DNA of 62,899 nt, the filler included, from Ionaspis alba (taxonomy: Eukaryota): the NCBI GenBank assembly GCA_964255285.1. It is 3 parts of 3 records of this genome, joined end to end, with 100 filler letters (N's around TTAATTAATTAA, not from the genome) between each part and the next. Parts side by side here need not be neighbours in the genome. Positions count along the whole stretch, not along the records: positions 21,084 to 41,968 come from CAXUUL010000235.1; 2 more parts are not named here. One strand, 5' to 3'. Shown piece by piece: positions 24,077 to 37,909 of the stretch; the first letter of the stretch is position 1; each line of letters begins with the position of its first letter. Under the pieces are notes generated by a model. It was not told the origin of the DNA, did no database searches, and was given only the letters and a program-made list of their open reading frames with translations. Both the position numbers and the translations under genes were made by a program.

Positions 24077-25806
24077 TCAACTCCTGATATCCACCAATTT
24101 TGTATAAAAAGGTTCCTTTTCCACCAGCGCAAAGCATTTCTGCTTCGTCCACTCTACATTCTTCTCCCCTTCAGCCATCGCCATGTCGAAGTGCCAGACC
24201 AGTTTTGCGAGAACCATCCGCAGTTCTTGATATGCGAGATACTTTCCGATGCACGACCACATACCCATGGAGAAAGCCTGTGATGCCTCGTGCCTATCGT
24301 TGCGGAAAGGAGATGAGGGGTCGGAGAGCGAAGACTTCAGCCATCGTTCAGGACAGAAGTCGTCCGGGCGGAAGAAATTTTGAGCTGATCGAGTGAGCGA
24401 GTATTGATGCACAGAGATATTTGTCTAGAAGAAGCATAAGTATAGCGGCGTCAAGGACTTCAGACGGCATCTTACTCCCCCGGGAAACCAGTTCCCGCAA
24501 ACGAAATCGCCGCCTTGAGGCACAACATGATGTAAACCTCCAGGATTTGGTGGGCACATCCGCAAGCCTTCCTCGACCACCGCGTTCAGGTATGGGAGTT
24601 CTTTCAAGTTGGCAAAGGTCATCTCGTCGCTTTTAGCATAGGTGTTGCGTATCTCGTCAGTCAGGTTTTTCAATGCTTCAGGAGTCCTTGTAATATAGTT
24701 GATAGTGCCAGATAACACTGTCCCGCAAGTCTCACTGCCCGCAACAATCACCACGTTCATGGTGCTCTCAATTTCTGGGAGGCTCATTCCCTTACTCACT
24801 CCTTCCTGGTTGCGCAGGAGGATTCGTCGCATGAAGTCTTCTCGTTGAGTCTCTAGATTCATACGACGGTGAATCTTGTCCACGCCCCACTGGAAGTTCT
24901 TTTGCGCCGCCTCAAGGGTCTCCTTTGGCAGACACCACATGAACAGCCGATACATCGCTGAATAGTACCGCAAAGTGACAACCAAGGTTCCAGCTTTGAA
25001 ATAGCTGAAGATCTCTGCGATCCATGCATGCAGCGTACTATTCTCGAGACAGTGAAATGATTCACCGAAGCCTAAATCGCCGATTATGTCGAACACAGTG
25101 TACATCATCCAGTCAACGATATTGACAACTGTGCTCGATGAGCCTTGTGTCCGAGAACAACGTTCTTGAAGTTGGCTTATCAGCAAGTCCACATAATATC
25201 GGACAGTGGGTTCGTGGGAGTGTACAGCCTGCGGTGTCATACAATAGCTGATCAACCTCCGCATCCGTGTATGATCTGGCTTGCTGGGCGTGCTGACTAT
25301 GGAAGGTACGCGCCCTGGAAGTTCTCCCCACCATAGAGGATTCTTGGGGAACGCTTGATGGCCATATCGATGGCAGTAGACATCGCGCCAGCCGTCGATT
25401 GAGGCAATAGAGACTTCATTGGGTGCTACTCGCACAATGCTTCCGTACCTTGCGTCACAGCTTCAGAGTTGATCAACCGAAACGTGGAATTGCTTGGCTC
25501 ACTTTTGGTGCATAGCGAAGACATCGTAGACATGGCTGCCCCTCCATACTGCGCGGATATATGTGAAGCGGAACGCGGCCCACAGCCTCGGTCCCGGGTA
25601 TCTGGATAATGGATGGAAATATAGATTGAAGATTGCAAGACTTGCAGGATACTGTTTGTATAAAATTTTAGATCTACTAAAGGAAGCACAATCTCATATG
25701 CTAAGCAGGTTGGTGGTCGTGAAAGACATTAAGGGTCAAAACATACTGCGAGCGCAGCCCAGAGCAAGACAGACATCCAATCCCATCCACTGGGTACCAT
25801 AGCCAT
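24077..25806 (-). CDS. Cytochrome P450 no. 1 (CYP65/Tri11-like type)
   Basis: NLYFHPLSRYPGP N-terminal motif, VRVAPNE, FDIIGDLGFG, AGSET, EGLR, PERW and heme motif FSMGMWSCIG. Three introns inferred; the 5' exon boundary is approximate. Confidence 0.9.
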
Positions 25807-28298
25807 GACGTCCCCGAGTATAAAATATGTGCTAGGCTGCTTACAGTACTAGGATGATGGTACAACGGATGGCAGAAGATGAGGTGATCGGTTTGCAATG
25901 GAAGAAAGAGCAGACGTCTCGCACAGCTCAATGAATTCTGATATTAAGCACTGCATGGAGTTTACATCGCTAACCAACAATTGGCTTCAAAGTGGAAGGA
26001 TGGTGTGGGGGAAAGTGGTCAACGCAGCATCGTAAAGCTTAACTTTTCAAAGTCTGGGAATATCCGTGCTGTTCAAGCGATCCTTATTGTCACAGCCTCA
26101 ACGGTCACATTGTCTGCACATACCTCGCGAACTGCAGTAGACGGCCTGCATATTGCAGTCTTCCGCCAGCGGCTGTGAAATGGTCCCTGGGCTAGACTAC
26201 CGGCCAAGCAGTAGCAAGCAGGTGCAGGCAGAAGATTGCTGTTAGCTAATGCAGTCGGCTGACCAGGTAGTCATCCACTGTAAGCATCTCAGCCGTGGGG
26301 ATTTGAACACCGTTGTTCTTGCGTCCAACCCAAGCGCAGATGCAAGATGAGAGATTTGAAGCCCCAACCAGCTTGTGAACGACGAGACTTGCAGGGGTAC
26401 CGACTCTCTTTCACATTTCAGTTTGATGTGTTTTTGCCAAGCTAGATTAGCGTCCCAGTGTAACATGATGCTGCCGACGACGCCGCCCGAAGTAGTGGTC
26501 GACGCTCTTTCCTACAGTCGGTATCCACACAAACGTCGACCCCTCTCGACGGAACAAATCGAAGGAAGATAAATCGACCGCCGCATCATGCGAGAGTGAA
26601 TAAGGAGGATTTCTAATCGTGCATGGGGGCAATCGCATTGTAACACAGCATTGCATGTTGGGGAACGTTGAAATACCGTCGAGGAGGGCTATATTGACAA
26701 AGTTGCCTTCTCAACAATGTACATGCCGCTTTGCAAAAGACGGCGACAGCGGCGGTGATCCATGTTCCCGCTATCAGCCTCATTGCGCCATTCGTACGGA
26801 CACTACCCCGTAGTGGACTACTAATGATTCTAGCCTATCAACTGCCTTGTTCCAGTCCGTGTACAATGGATTCACTAGAGCATGCAAGCCCAATTGATTT
26901 CTGTTCTCGAAGCGACACTGATTTATCGAAGCAGGCCTGGAACCCGGGAATGGATTGTCTTACAGTCTTGTGAACATGTAGGCGTACAGAGTGAGTCAGA
27001 TCGAGATATCTGATCGACCATGTAGCACAATGCTCACCGTCTTTCACACCGACCTTGTCCTGAGACCAGGTTACAAGCTGAGCATCCTTCGAGGTGATAT
27101 GGTGCTTCGCCTTAGGATTACGTCTTGCATACCAGGCTGACCACGGTTTGTCGGTGCTTACCTGCCCCGTGACTCGCTTCTCCCCAGGATCTCAGTCTCG
27201 AAGGCTTTTTGGTTCGTCGGGCAGGCGTCTTGAAATGGCATGTTCCCCATCAGGACATTTGGAAAGGGTAGCTGCATAATCAACGACTCCCAGTATCATG
27301 GAGCTTTCCTTATCACCGAGACTGTGTGGCAGCGCAACTTGACTCGGCGACTGGAGTTCTTATGCGCTCTAGGATTCACGATCGACTTGTGCTGCTGGAC
27401 TGAGAAAAGGGTCTATTTGCTGTCGTACAGCTGATGCTGCTTATTGCCGCTGGCAGAGATCAGAGAACCGAAAGAGCCCAGGAAAAGCTGCTTGTATTTT
27501 AAGTACTCTTATGCATGAGAACTTTCGCGCAGCACGGACGAGGACAAAGCAAAGGTGTGGACCACTGCATTACCAGGAATCCAAAACGGGTTCATCGGTC
27601 ACCGACAATCAGCAAGCTGTAAGGAATATATGGCCGGGGCTCTAGTGCCCGTCTGCATGACACACTACTGGTGGCGCCAGGAGGAAATTGGAGGTCGGTT
27701 CGAAGCGCGGGTAAACGATGCTCTATCAAGTGACATTGACTGCTTTGAACAGGACCAAGGTTTTTCCAGGGCGTCCCCTGCGCGACAACGACGTTATGCG
27801 ATCTAGCCGGATTGCAGTACCACTCACTGCACTTCATGTGTTCCCGGCCCTGAAAAAGGCTTCCCTTAACGGCGCCGCCTTTTGCTGCAATACACCACAA
27901 ACAAGCGTTTGTTTTTCTGTGTCTACTTGCCATTGGGCTATTTGATGACTTGGCTTGCATGGTAGTAGGGCTTCAACTCGGGCCTTTCTATCCCGTCGTC
28001 GGTGCCTGTCACTCTAACGACACCAACTAGATAGTGATGGCGTGGACTCCATTTACAGCCATCATGGGGGCCAACACCGATGTTGCTTTAACACCCGCGG
28101 CCAACGCTACAGTAGTTCCAGAGGAACAAATCTGGAAGGAAGCATTATTGGAGCACTCCCAGTCAGCCTTATTTGCAGATCACCCACACCACGGCTCTAT
28201 CATTAATCCTACTGCCCAAGTTCTCCAGAGTCTCTGTAAAATGAAGACTCCTACTTGAATGCTTCAACCTAACTTCCTCGCCACAGAGAGTATTCGCC

Positions 28299-30070
28299 AT
28301 GAGTTATATGGACAATCTCTATCCATCTCGTGATGTGCCGTATGTGCTGGTACTCGTCAGCATTGCGGTGCTATACTATGGATATTCAATCGCCATTGTA
28401 CGCAATCGGGGTCTGAAAGCGCCGCTGTTTGGCTTCAAGTCACTCTTCGAACCTGCAATTGTGGCAAAACATCGGTTCTTCCGGAATGGGAAGGCTCTCG
28501 TTGCCGAGGGTTATGCCCAGGTAAGCCTACATTAGGTTTCCATACGCTGTTGTAATATTCACGGATACCAGTGCAAAGACTCTGTCTTCAAATTGACACG
28601 GAACGATGCCGACATTGCCATTCTTTCCAATAAGTATATGGAAGAGCTGAGGAGCTTACCAGCCTCCATTGCGTCCCCTACAATGGCTCACGCACATGTA
28701 AGACATCGAGAGGTCGAAGGTGAAGGGAAACGAATGCAAACAGCTGACAGCGAAGCCAGAACCTCTTACACTCTTATACGCAAACAGGAATCATCTTGGA
28801 GAGCGATCTCCATTTCCGACTCCTGCAAACCAAGCTCACCCCAAACCTCGGCGGGCTGGCCATGCCCATGCAAGATGAGCTAGATCATGCAATGAGCACT
28901 GACTTCCCCTCATGCAAAGGTATGAGCTATTCTCTCCCAGCCTTGTTCTCGGTTATCTTTTCTGATAAAATGTTGCAGAGGATTGGGTTGCCTTAATGCC
29001 ATACCACGTGATCCTGCGGATAGTCGCTCGAATCTCTGCCCGAATCTTCGTGGGGTTGCCATTCTGTCGAAGAGATGATTGGCTGGAAATAACCACGGAA
29101 TACACGGAGAACGTCTTCGTCACTGTCACGCTCCTGCGGCTATTTCCGTCGTGGCTCCATCCATTCATCGCTGCCGTTCTACCGGCTAGATGGAGACTGC
29201 GAGGCTATATCAATCATGGCAAGAAAATCCTTGTTCCTGAAATCAATCGACGCAGAGCCATCCAGCTTGAAAAGCCAGCAGATCCAAAGGACATCAACAA
29301 TCAGAATCTGTTACAATGGATGATGGACACTGCTCAAGGCTGGGAGGGAGAAGCTTCCCGGCTGGCACATCTAGAGACTGTCATCAGCTTGGCTTCTATC
29401 CACACGACACAAATGGCCGTTGTCCATGTCTTGTACGACCTGTGCGAGAGGCCGGAATATGTACAACCATTGAGGGAGGAGATCGAGCAGGTCATTGCCG
29501 AGGACAAAGGCTGGCAGAAGGTCAGCTTCAACAAGATGCGTAAACTGGATAGTTTTATGAAAGAGTCGCAGAGGTTCAATCCTCCAAGTATCCGTAAGAT
29601 AAACGTTCCAGATAACAATGACTCCAAACACTTTCTAATAAACGGCAGTGGCCTTCCATCGCGTGATGCTCGAGGACTACACCTTGTCAGACGGCACGCG
29701 TCTTCCTAAAGGCACGCATTTCTGCATGGCCAGTCAAGCAATCCAAAACGATGCCAGCGTCACCGAGTCGCCAAACGTCTTCGACGGCTTCCGCTACTAC
29801 AAAATGCGCCAAAACCCTGTGGACGCCCACAGGCACCAGTTTGCAACCACAGAGCCAGACGTTCTCAACTTTGGCCACGGGAAATATTCCTGCCCAGGAA
29901 GGTTCTTCGCCAGTCTCGAGATCAAGAACATCCTAGTCCGACTATTGATGAATTACGACTTCAAGTTGCCGGACGGACAGAAACGCCCCCAGAACCTTGT
30001 TGCACACGAGTACATCTTCCCCAATCCGGATGGTAAGATTATGTTCAAGGAAAGAGCCGTTCGAGCGTAG
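28299..30070 (+). CDS. Cytochrome P450 no. 2 (ent-kaurene oxidase/CYP68-CYP503-like type)
   Basis: Multi-exon with an N-terminal TM. Motifs KLTPNL, VARISARIFVG, ASIHTT, LDSFMKESQRFNP, FDGFR and heme motif FGHGKYSCPG. Confidence 0.92.
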
Positions 30071-31048
30071 GTTCGATTGAAAAGAGATGATCGATTTGCC
30101 GATGCTGTAATTAGTAAAATTCGTAGACTTCTAGTTTAAACGTTAGACACGGGTTCCGTTGTCCTCGATTGCTACTGCAATGCAACATCGCGAGGTTACA
30201 CACACGTATATCACAATTACCAAAACAATCCCTCACTATCGCAACTGCATAGACCCCAAATTCTGCAGGCTGCCATGGTTCATCCAAGTTGAAATCGGAC
30301 CCCAGAATAACCATCCAACCTCGATCCCTCGATCTCCGAGACGTTGTACCGCATAATCCCAATCAATTCAGCACCCAACTCCGGCCCGGAACAAAACAAC
30401 CGGCAAAGCCCTGTGTTCGGTGGTCGGCGCAATCACATACCCCCGTCCGAAGGATTCCGAAAAGATGGACCCAATCATCCAACATCTGTACCCTCCAGGC
30501 GCTAGACGGTCTGACACCCCCGGCTCTTTATCAGGAAGGTGAGCGGGATTGGCTGCGGCCTAGTGCTGACGAGAGATAGGGAGTTGGGATGGATATAGCA
30601 TATCTGTTGGAAAAGGAATTTTGCGACATGCAAAGCGGGTGGGAGGGATGTGAGGATGTGGGGGGATGGTTCTCAAGAGAGATGGACTACAGCTGTGAAT
30701 ATATTACGGTGAAATATATAACGGGTTTGGTTTGCTCATTACACGCATGATCGAGTATCGCGAATGCTTGAATCGGGTCAGCGAGGTTGAGGAACGAGCT
30801 GAAATTTTAGCGAGCTCTTCAGGGTCCGATCTTGGTGGAGTGTTTTGTCTAATGAACGTTGGGATGGTTGCCAATGGGAGAGTCGTACTCTGGTTTAAAC
30901 CGTTTGTTCCGACCAATCCTCCAAATGAGTTTATTTGGCCAAAGTAGGCGTTCAACTTGACCAAGAACAGGCCCAAGCTCCGACCGTGCCTCGTCACATA
31001 GACCACTGTAGTCAACAATCACCATCATGATGCCCAAAATTCCTAAAA

Positions 31049-32601
31049 TCATCTCGCCTTGGAGATCTTAACCTTCACCATCGGCTTCTCCCAACTCCAC
31101 CAGATTTTCTGCTCCGTCCACTTGAATGGCTTCTCACCCTCCGGAATTGCAATATCATAGCGCCACAGAAGCCTTGTTAGAATAATACGTAGCTCAATCC
31201 GCGCCAGATTCTGGCCGATACAGTTGGCAGGGCCAGTAGCAAAAGGCTGAAAGGCAGCTTGATTGTCATTGAACGTCTTTTCCGCGCCAGGAAGCCAGCG
31301 CTCGGGATGGAACTCGGAAGGCTTGGTGAAGTTCTTGCTCGATTGAAACATTGGCCAGCACGGGATACCGACAACTGTGTGACCAGGCAGCGGGTTGCCG
31401 GCGATAGTTGCACCACCCGATGGAATCTCACGACGCATGATGTCTGGAACTGGAGGACACATGCGCAGGCCTTCTTCGAGAACAGCGTTGAGGTACGGAA
31501 GGCGATTCGTCGTCGTCGACGTGATTTCCTCCTCGCTTGAGAAAGCTGAGCGGATTTCCTTGACCAAAGTGGCGAGCGAGTCTGGGCGGTTGAGCAGACA
31601 GTTGACTGTGCCTACAAGTCCTGTTGTGATGGTATCACTTCCACCAACGATGAAGGCCATAGAGTTACATTCCATCTCTTCGATAGAGAGTGCAGAGTCT
31701 GGCGACTTCTTGTTGTGACTAATAGCATACGACAGGATGTCATTTCGTTCCGTTCCCTGCGCCAATCGACTTTGCACATTCTCTTCCGCAGTGCTCGTGA
31801 TGAGTTTCATGGCATTCTTCGCAGAGGGTGGAGTCATAGACTGGGCAAGCTTATCGAGCCAAGGATAGTATTTGAGCGAGGCAGCAATGAAGACAGCCTG
31901 AAATTGAAGAACGACGGTCACCCAGGGATGGTACTCAGCTGTCTCGAGGCAGTTGAAAGACGAGCCCCAGCCAAGATCGCCAATGATGTCAAAGGTTGTG
32001 TAATTGAACCATTCCACTACGTTGAGCGTCGCCGAAGTCTTCGAAGGGTCCTGATCAATTTTCTGTTGAAATCGTTCCATAAGCTTGCTGACATACGATT
32101 GGAGGATCTCTTCTTGGTCGCGAAGGCCTTTCTCTGCAAATGCAGGGGAGAAAGCCTTTCGGAAGCGGGCATGGTCCTGGACGTCTGCCGAAATGAAGTG
32201 GTCCGCGTTCTTACCAGGCAGCCTGTTCCTGAACTGAGGAGGTCGAATGAACTCCTTGTGAGAGTATATGTCCTTCCAGGCAGCAGAATCGATGAAGGAG
32301 AGCTCGTTAGGTGCTATTCTCACAACAGTGCCATAACGGTCATGGATCTCCTTCAACCGGTATGGCATGTCTCCTCCAAGCATGGAGCCGATCTGAGGGA
32401 ATCTGAAGGCTCTCCATAACAGCGGACCTGGGAAGCGGGCAAGAGGGTGGAAGTAGAGGTTGTAGACGACATAGGTGATAATATACTGCTCTCAGTCAGT
32501 GAATGTAACGTCAACACCAAAGTGACAAAGTGAGCTTCGCTTACGCAGAGGACTGACACGAGAGCCGCTCCAATGGCTTTGCCAAAGCTTGAGGAGTCCA
32601 T
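31049..32601 (-). CDS. Cytochrome P450 no. 3 (CYP65/Tri11-like type)
   Basis: ATG 32601 with one 5' intron. Motifs NLYFHPLARFPGP, VRIAPNELSF, FDIIGDLGWG, GGSDT, EGLR, PERW and heme motif FATGPANCIG. Confidence 0.92.
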
Positions 32602-33573
32602 CGTGAAATTGCTTGCTTGGTAAAGCTGTAGGATAGGTAGTAAGGTGTTGCCATTATTTGCTGAAACCGCAGGCGGGAGGTGTTTGTTTGCCTAGACAAA
32701 GATGGAAAGGTCGAGTGGTACAAACGAGCGTCATGCCGACTGGCGAATGAGAAGTGGAGGGCAGTTATCAGAGAACAAGGGCATGGAGGCTGATGCTAGC
32801 GGCACTAGCTTAGCCTCGGCGCTCGTGGCACGTCAAAGCACGCTTTCCTCATAGCGGCGGCCTTCCCGCAGATAGCCCCCACTGATTATACTTTAGACCA
32901 ATGGTGGACTCGTTTACTGTTGTATTGCGACACGGGCTGTACGTTACACATGTCAGACTAAATTACTGTATTATTCCCAACCACTCGTCTCCCTTCCATA
33001 CAATCTCCCGCTATACATCAATTCTATGATCAGCATGGAGCGGCTTTCCAACATTCCAGAAATGTATTTCCGCTTCGAGAAACAGGATAAAAGGGGTGTA
33101 TCGTCGGCGAGGTAATGCTGGGATGACTGCAGTCCAATGCATGTGAGCACGAGGGCGAGAGAGTGAAGAGCAATGCCTCGTGTAGCATCGCCCCCCATGT
33201 CATGCCGGAGGTGTGTTAGATTAATCCCTTCCTTCCCGCCATCATTTGCTCGTTGCAGACTCGCGGGCTTATAGATCCCGGCTCGAGGATTGAACTGTGT
33301 AAAGAAAGAAGCTATTAGTGGGCTTGTGGGCGCAACAACTCCATGCGTGTCACGTACAATTCCATGCACCTCGGCGGCGCGTTCATACCCTCCTAAAACA
33401 CTGGGGTTGCACGAGGCCAGCATTGCTTGACATAATCTGCCAGCTTTGCCGTACTTCAACAGAAAGTTCATATATCCTGTCTGCCAGTGGCACTCATTCT
33501 TCAGACACCCTTCTTCTCGACTACAACGCTGCCTGACTGCCTTGCTACGACTTGCGCACCAACGAACGACAGG

Positions 33574-35152
33574 ATGGCGACCCCACAGAGCGGACCTCCA
33601 CCCCCCGAGGTACTCGAGAAGATCGCTGAACAGCTGGGAGCCCCACCGGGAACGATCCCGAACTATGTTGACCCTCAATCGATCGGCTCGCAGGTTGTGA
33701 TACCAACCATAGTCCTCGGAATACTCGCAGTCTTTTTCGTCTTGCTGCGTGTTTACACCAAAGTGTTCATTTCGAAGGCTCTGAGATGGGACGATTACTT
33801 TTCTGTTGGTGCTGCTGTACGTTTATTCTACGCTGCGATCTTGCACTTGCTGACTCGATACTCCTCAGCTTTGCGCTATTGCTCGCGCTGTCATCAGCTG
33901 TCTCCGTATGTACACTGAACGCTGCACGACGTGTCTCAGAGGCACGGAGTATGCTGATTTTCTGCAAAGTTGTTTATCGATTCGGAATTGGACGACATCT
34001 GTGGGATGTCGATCCCGTGAACTATTCCAACATTCGAAATGTTCGATATCCCGTTCTCTACCTAATATCACCGCAACTTGGCTGACCGGACCGCAGTTGC
34101 AATGGATTCAAGACATGATCTACCTGCTGGGAATCCTCTGTGTCAAATTGTCCATCTTGCTGCTCTATCTGAGTGGGTGAACTTTCGCCAATCTCTGGAC
34201 CCCTGATGACTGACAATCGTTTCAGATCTCTTCCGTCCTAACAAGAAGTTCCGCTACTTGTGTTACGTTGTGATGGCTGCAAACGTTGCCTACTGCATCA
34301 TATGCATTTTCCTCTATGCCTTCAATTGCGAACCGCAGTACTACACTTGGCATGTTGTGTTGAATGCTCCGGCGAAATGTATTCCCATCGTCAATGTGAT
34401 CATGGCCATAGGAGGTGTCAACTTGGTCACTGACTTGGTCATCCTGATTATGCCCCTACCATTGATCTGGCGATTGAACCTACGCCCGAACCAGAAATGG
34501 GGTCTTCTGGCTATCTTCTTGACAGGAACATTGTGAGCTACAATCTATCCTCACTTGCATCGTTTCGAAAGTCTATCGAAGTTTGGTGCTAATATGCCGC
34601 TCAGCATTGTTGCCACAACGATTGCACGTCTCGTGATTGTTGTAGAGACTATCCAAGAAGTCGACCAATCCTATAAAGTGGTTCCTGAGATCATATGGCT
34701 GTATGTTTCCTTTGCAATGTTATTAGTTGTTTACTTCTAACCACTGTACTTCCAGAACTGTCGAACTCGACATGGCAATCATATGCGGATGCCTGCCAGC
34801 CCTCGCTCCTGTATACACTGGCCTGCTAAAGATGAAGATAATCCCAAGCTCTCTGCGCAACCTCCTCTCATCGCGCGGCTCTTCCCGCTCCTGGTTCTCA
34901 CGTTCTCCACGCTCGACCTCCAAGAACAGTAGTCTGCACAGCAACGATGTCCACAAGAAAGGCGACACCTCCTCGCACAACAGCGACGAGAAACTTGTTC
35001 AGCTCGATCCTAAGGACACCTTTGAGACCAAAGTGGAAGCGACGGGAGGTCAGTCAGCGAGCCCGTGGGCTAAGGAGGGCAGGATTGGAATGCAGCGCTC
35101 CGTGGAGCAGTACAGGACTCCGAGAGGGGAGGATCCGGGAAGAATGGTATGA
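33574..35152 (+). CDS. PTH11-like (fungal rhodopsin-domain) multi-pass membrane protein without a CFEM domain
   Basis: Motifs PPGTIPNYVDP, LRVYTK...WDDY, GIGRHLWDV, VKLSILLLYL, NLVTDLVILIMPLPLIWRL and ELDMAIICGCLPAL. About six introns and a Ser-rich cytoplasmic tail. Confidence 0.88.
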
Positions 35153-35663
35153 GTGCGCCAGACGTTGAGATGCTTCGCGAGTCTACCTAGTCTCATGCAT
35201 TGGATGAGGCAGAGCCTTGGTGGGATTACGAGTTTCTTGTTCGGTTTTCCATGAACGGATGACGAATGGGAATGGTCGGTGACTAATTTCGCGTGTTTCT
35301 GCAAAACTCCTGTTTCTGTAAATCAAATGCCCATAGTTCACGACCTGCCAATGAGTCTTTCCACAACTCAAGATTGGCAACTAAAGCCGCACTTCGGATA
35401 TCAATTACCGTTAGATAATACGCGTGAATTGACTCCTTCCATGCATACTAGCAAATGCACCATTTCGGCAATGTACCATCAGCGCTCCCAATCTGCCGGG
35501 CTGATGCTCAGGCACGATCCGGCCAGCAACACAGACCCACTGCTTGCAGCTCGTATATAAGCAGGATGCAGCTCTACAACCGCAGCTCCGATCCACCTAT
35601 AGATCTCTTCTCTTGCATCTCAATTCCCCTTCGCGGCTAAAACAACGCTCTTTGTGCGCAACA

Positions 35664-37623
35664 ATGCTCACCTCTATCCTCATCCTCCTCTTCACCCTCC
35701 TCCTCATCCGCCTCCTCACCCTCTTCCTTGCCCTCCAGCGCAACATTGCCGTCGCCCGTGCCTCGGGCCTCAGATACAAAGTCCTCCCCCAGAGCATCTT
35801 CGGGCCCCTCCTTTTCCTCCCCTTCGCGGATTTCCTCCCCAAAGAATGGCTGGAGTCATGGCTTCCGTATGCCCCACCCTTTCTCCCCCACGCAGACAAT
35901 CGACTGATGTTCTTGGCTCTACAGCCTGCTCGTCATGCCCCGCGCTTGGCACGCGGGCCACGCGCCGTTTGCTTCCGTGGGCGCAGACACTTTCTTAGCC
36001 GTGTCGTCCTCGCAGAACGCGCTTTGGACATGCGAGCCGGAGGCGATTCTGCAGATTTCGAAGAGCAAGAATAGGTTTCCCAAAGCGGTCAAAGCTCTCG
36101 GACTACTGAACGTGTATGGCCCCACGGTAACGGCGACGGATGGCGAGGAATCGCGGACTTACCGCGGGGTGGTGGGACCCGCGTTCAACGAGCGGACATA
36201 CGCTTTGCTGTGGGCGGAGACGCTGGAGCTTACAGGGACTTTGATAGGAGAGTGGACTGGAGAGAGGGGTCGCGGGCTGGTGGAGATGTTGGGGGCGGAT
36301 GCGGCGAAGATGACGCTGCATATTATGAGTCGGGTTTGCTTTGGGCGGAAGATGCCGTGGGTTGGAGAGCTGGATGGGAAGGAGAAGGAGGTTGGGGTGA
36401 AGGGGCATGAGGGCATGAGTTATAGTGAGGCTTTGAAGGAAATGCTGGAGAATGTTAAGGTTATTTTTCTGTTTCCGGCTTGGTTTCTGAGTGAGTGTCC
36501 TTGTTATCGAGAAGGCTAGGCTTGGGAAGAACTACTTTGTCTAATGTATGGAGTAGAGTACTCTCCTTTCCCTGCTCATGTGGAGGCACGACGAGCGTTT
36601 GCCAGCTGGGGCAAGTATATGGAAGACCTCCGCCTATCAGCCGAAGCAAAACTCTCAGCAATGGCATCTCCACCTCCAAAGCCCGATGTTCTGGGTAAGA
36701 AATCCCTCTTCCCACTCTATTCTCACCTCTACCATCCACTGGCCCCAATACTGACCTCTTTCCCCGCAGAATCCCTCGTTCTCGCCGGCCAAGGTCCTGC
36801 TCCCCTCATCACACCCTCTGCCATAACAGGCAACATGTTCATCCTCCTCCTCGCCGGGCACGAAACCACAGCCTCATCGCTCCAATTCGCTCTCCTCTGC
36901 CTAGCCTGCCATCCAACCTACCAACGACGTCTCCAAGCCTCCCTCGACACCCTGCTCGGCCCCGCCGCCAAGCATTCTCCCTCGACCTGGGACTTCACCG
37001 CGCTCTTCCCGCGGCTGCTGCGCGGATATCCCGGTGCCGTACTGCGCGAGACGGTCCGACTGTTTACAGTCCTGCCTGTGTATCTGCGCTGCACGGAAGA
37101 CGAGTCGCAGGCGCTTGTGCTGAACGGGAAGACGTATATGGTGCCGCCGGACACACTGATTATGGTGAATACGAGCGCTGCGCACCGGAATCCGAAGTAC
37201 TGGCCGCGGCCCAGTCCACCAGAAAATGAGGAAGGAGACGGTGAGGAGGCGCCCTATGCGCTTGCCGAGTTTGATCCTGGGAGGTGGATAGATCCCGAGA
37301 CGGGCGAGGTGGAGGGGGAGAAAGCGGTTAAGGAGTCGGGAGCGTATGTGCCGTTTAGTAAGGGGAGTAGGGAGTGTCTTGGGAAGAGGTTTGCGGAGGT
37401 GGAGGTTTTGGCTATGTTGGCAAGGGTGTTTTGTGAGTGGAGTTTGGAGTTGGTTGTTGAGGATGGGGTAGGTGGGGAAAGGGAGAGGTGGGAGAGGGCG
37501 AGGAGGAAGTGTGCGAGGATGTTAAGTCGGGGGATTGGGTTTCAGGTGGCGTTGAAGATGATGGGAGAAGTGCCGTTGAGGATTGTAAGGAGGGGGGAGG
37601 AGAAATGGAGATTCGAGGAGTAG
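35664..37623 (+). CDS. Cytochrome P450 no. 4 (a different type from the other four)
   Basis: ATG 35664 and a Leu-rich TM anchor. Motifs RNIAVARASG, LLAGHETT, ETVR, PGRW and heme motif FSKGSRECLG. About three introns. Confidence 0.9.
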
Positions 37624-37909
37624 AAGGTGGTGCTGTTTTGCCCACTCGCTGCATCTCAGCTGGTAGTTTTGTGATACGGCATGTTTGATGGCTCATTGAT
37701 GTGAAACATTAATTGGTCACTTAGGAACAGGTAGAGAATGATTTTGTTCGGCTTTGGCTTTCTATTTGGTGCTTGGTCAAGCCTTCCAACATAAGCAGAC
37801 AAGGCAAGTCTACTTTTGCAAAACAGCCAGCAAACATGCGGCACTCCAATCGTCTGCTCCTGTTCGGCTGATCGCAAAGTCGCAGAAGCTCCTATCCACA
37901 ATGGAGCTC

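Noticed and set aside
33574..35152. Membrane protein as a Pyr4-type terpene cyclase (the missing core enzyme)
   Set aside because: Its motifs and length are those of PTH11-like proteins; no Pyr4-type motifs were seen.
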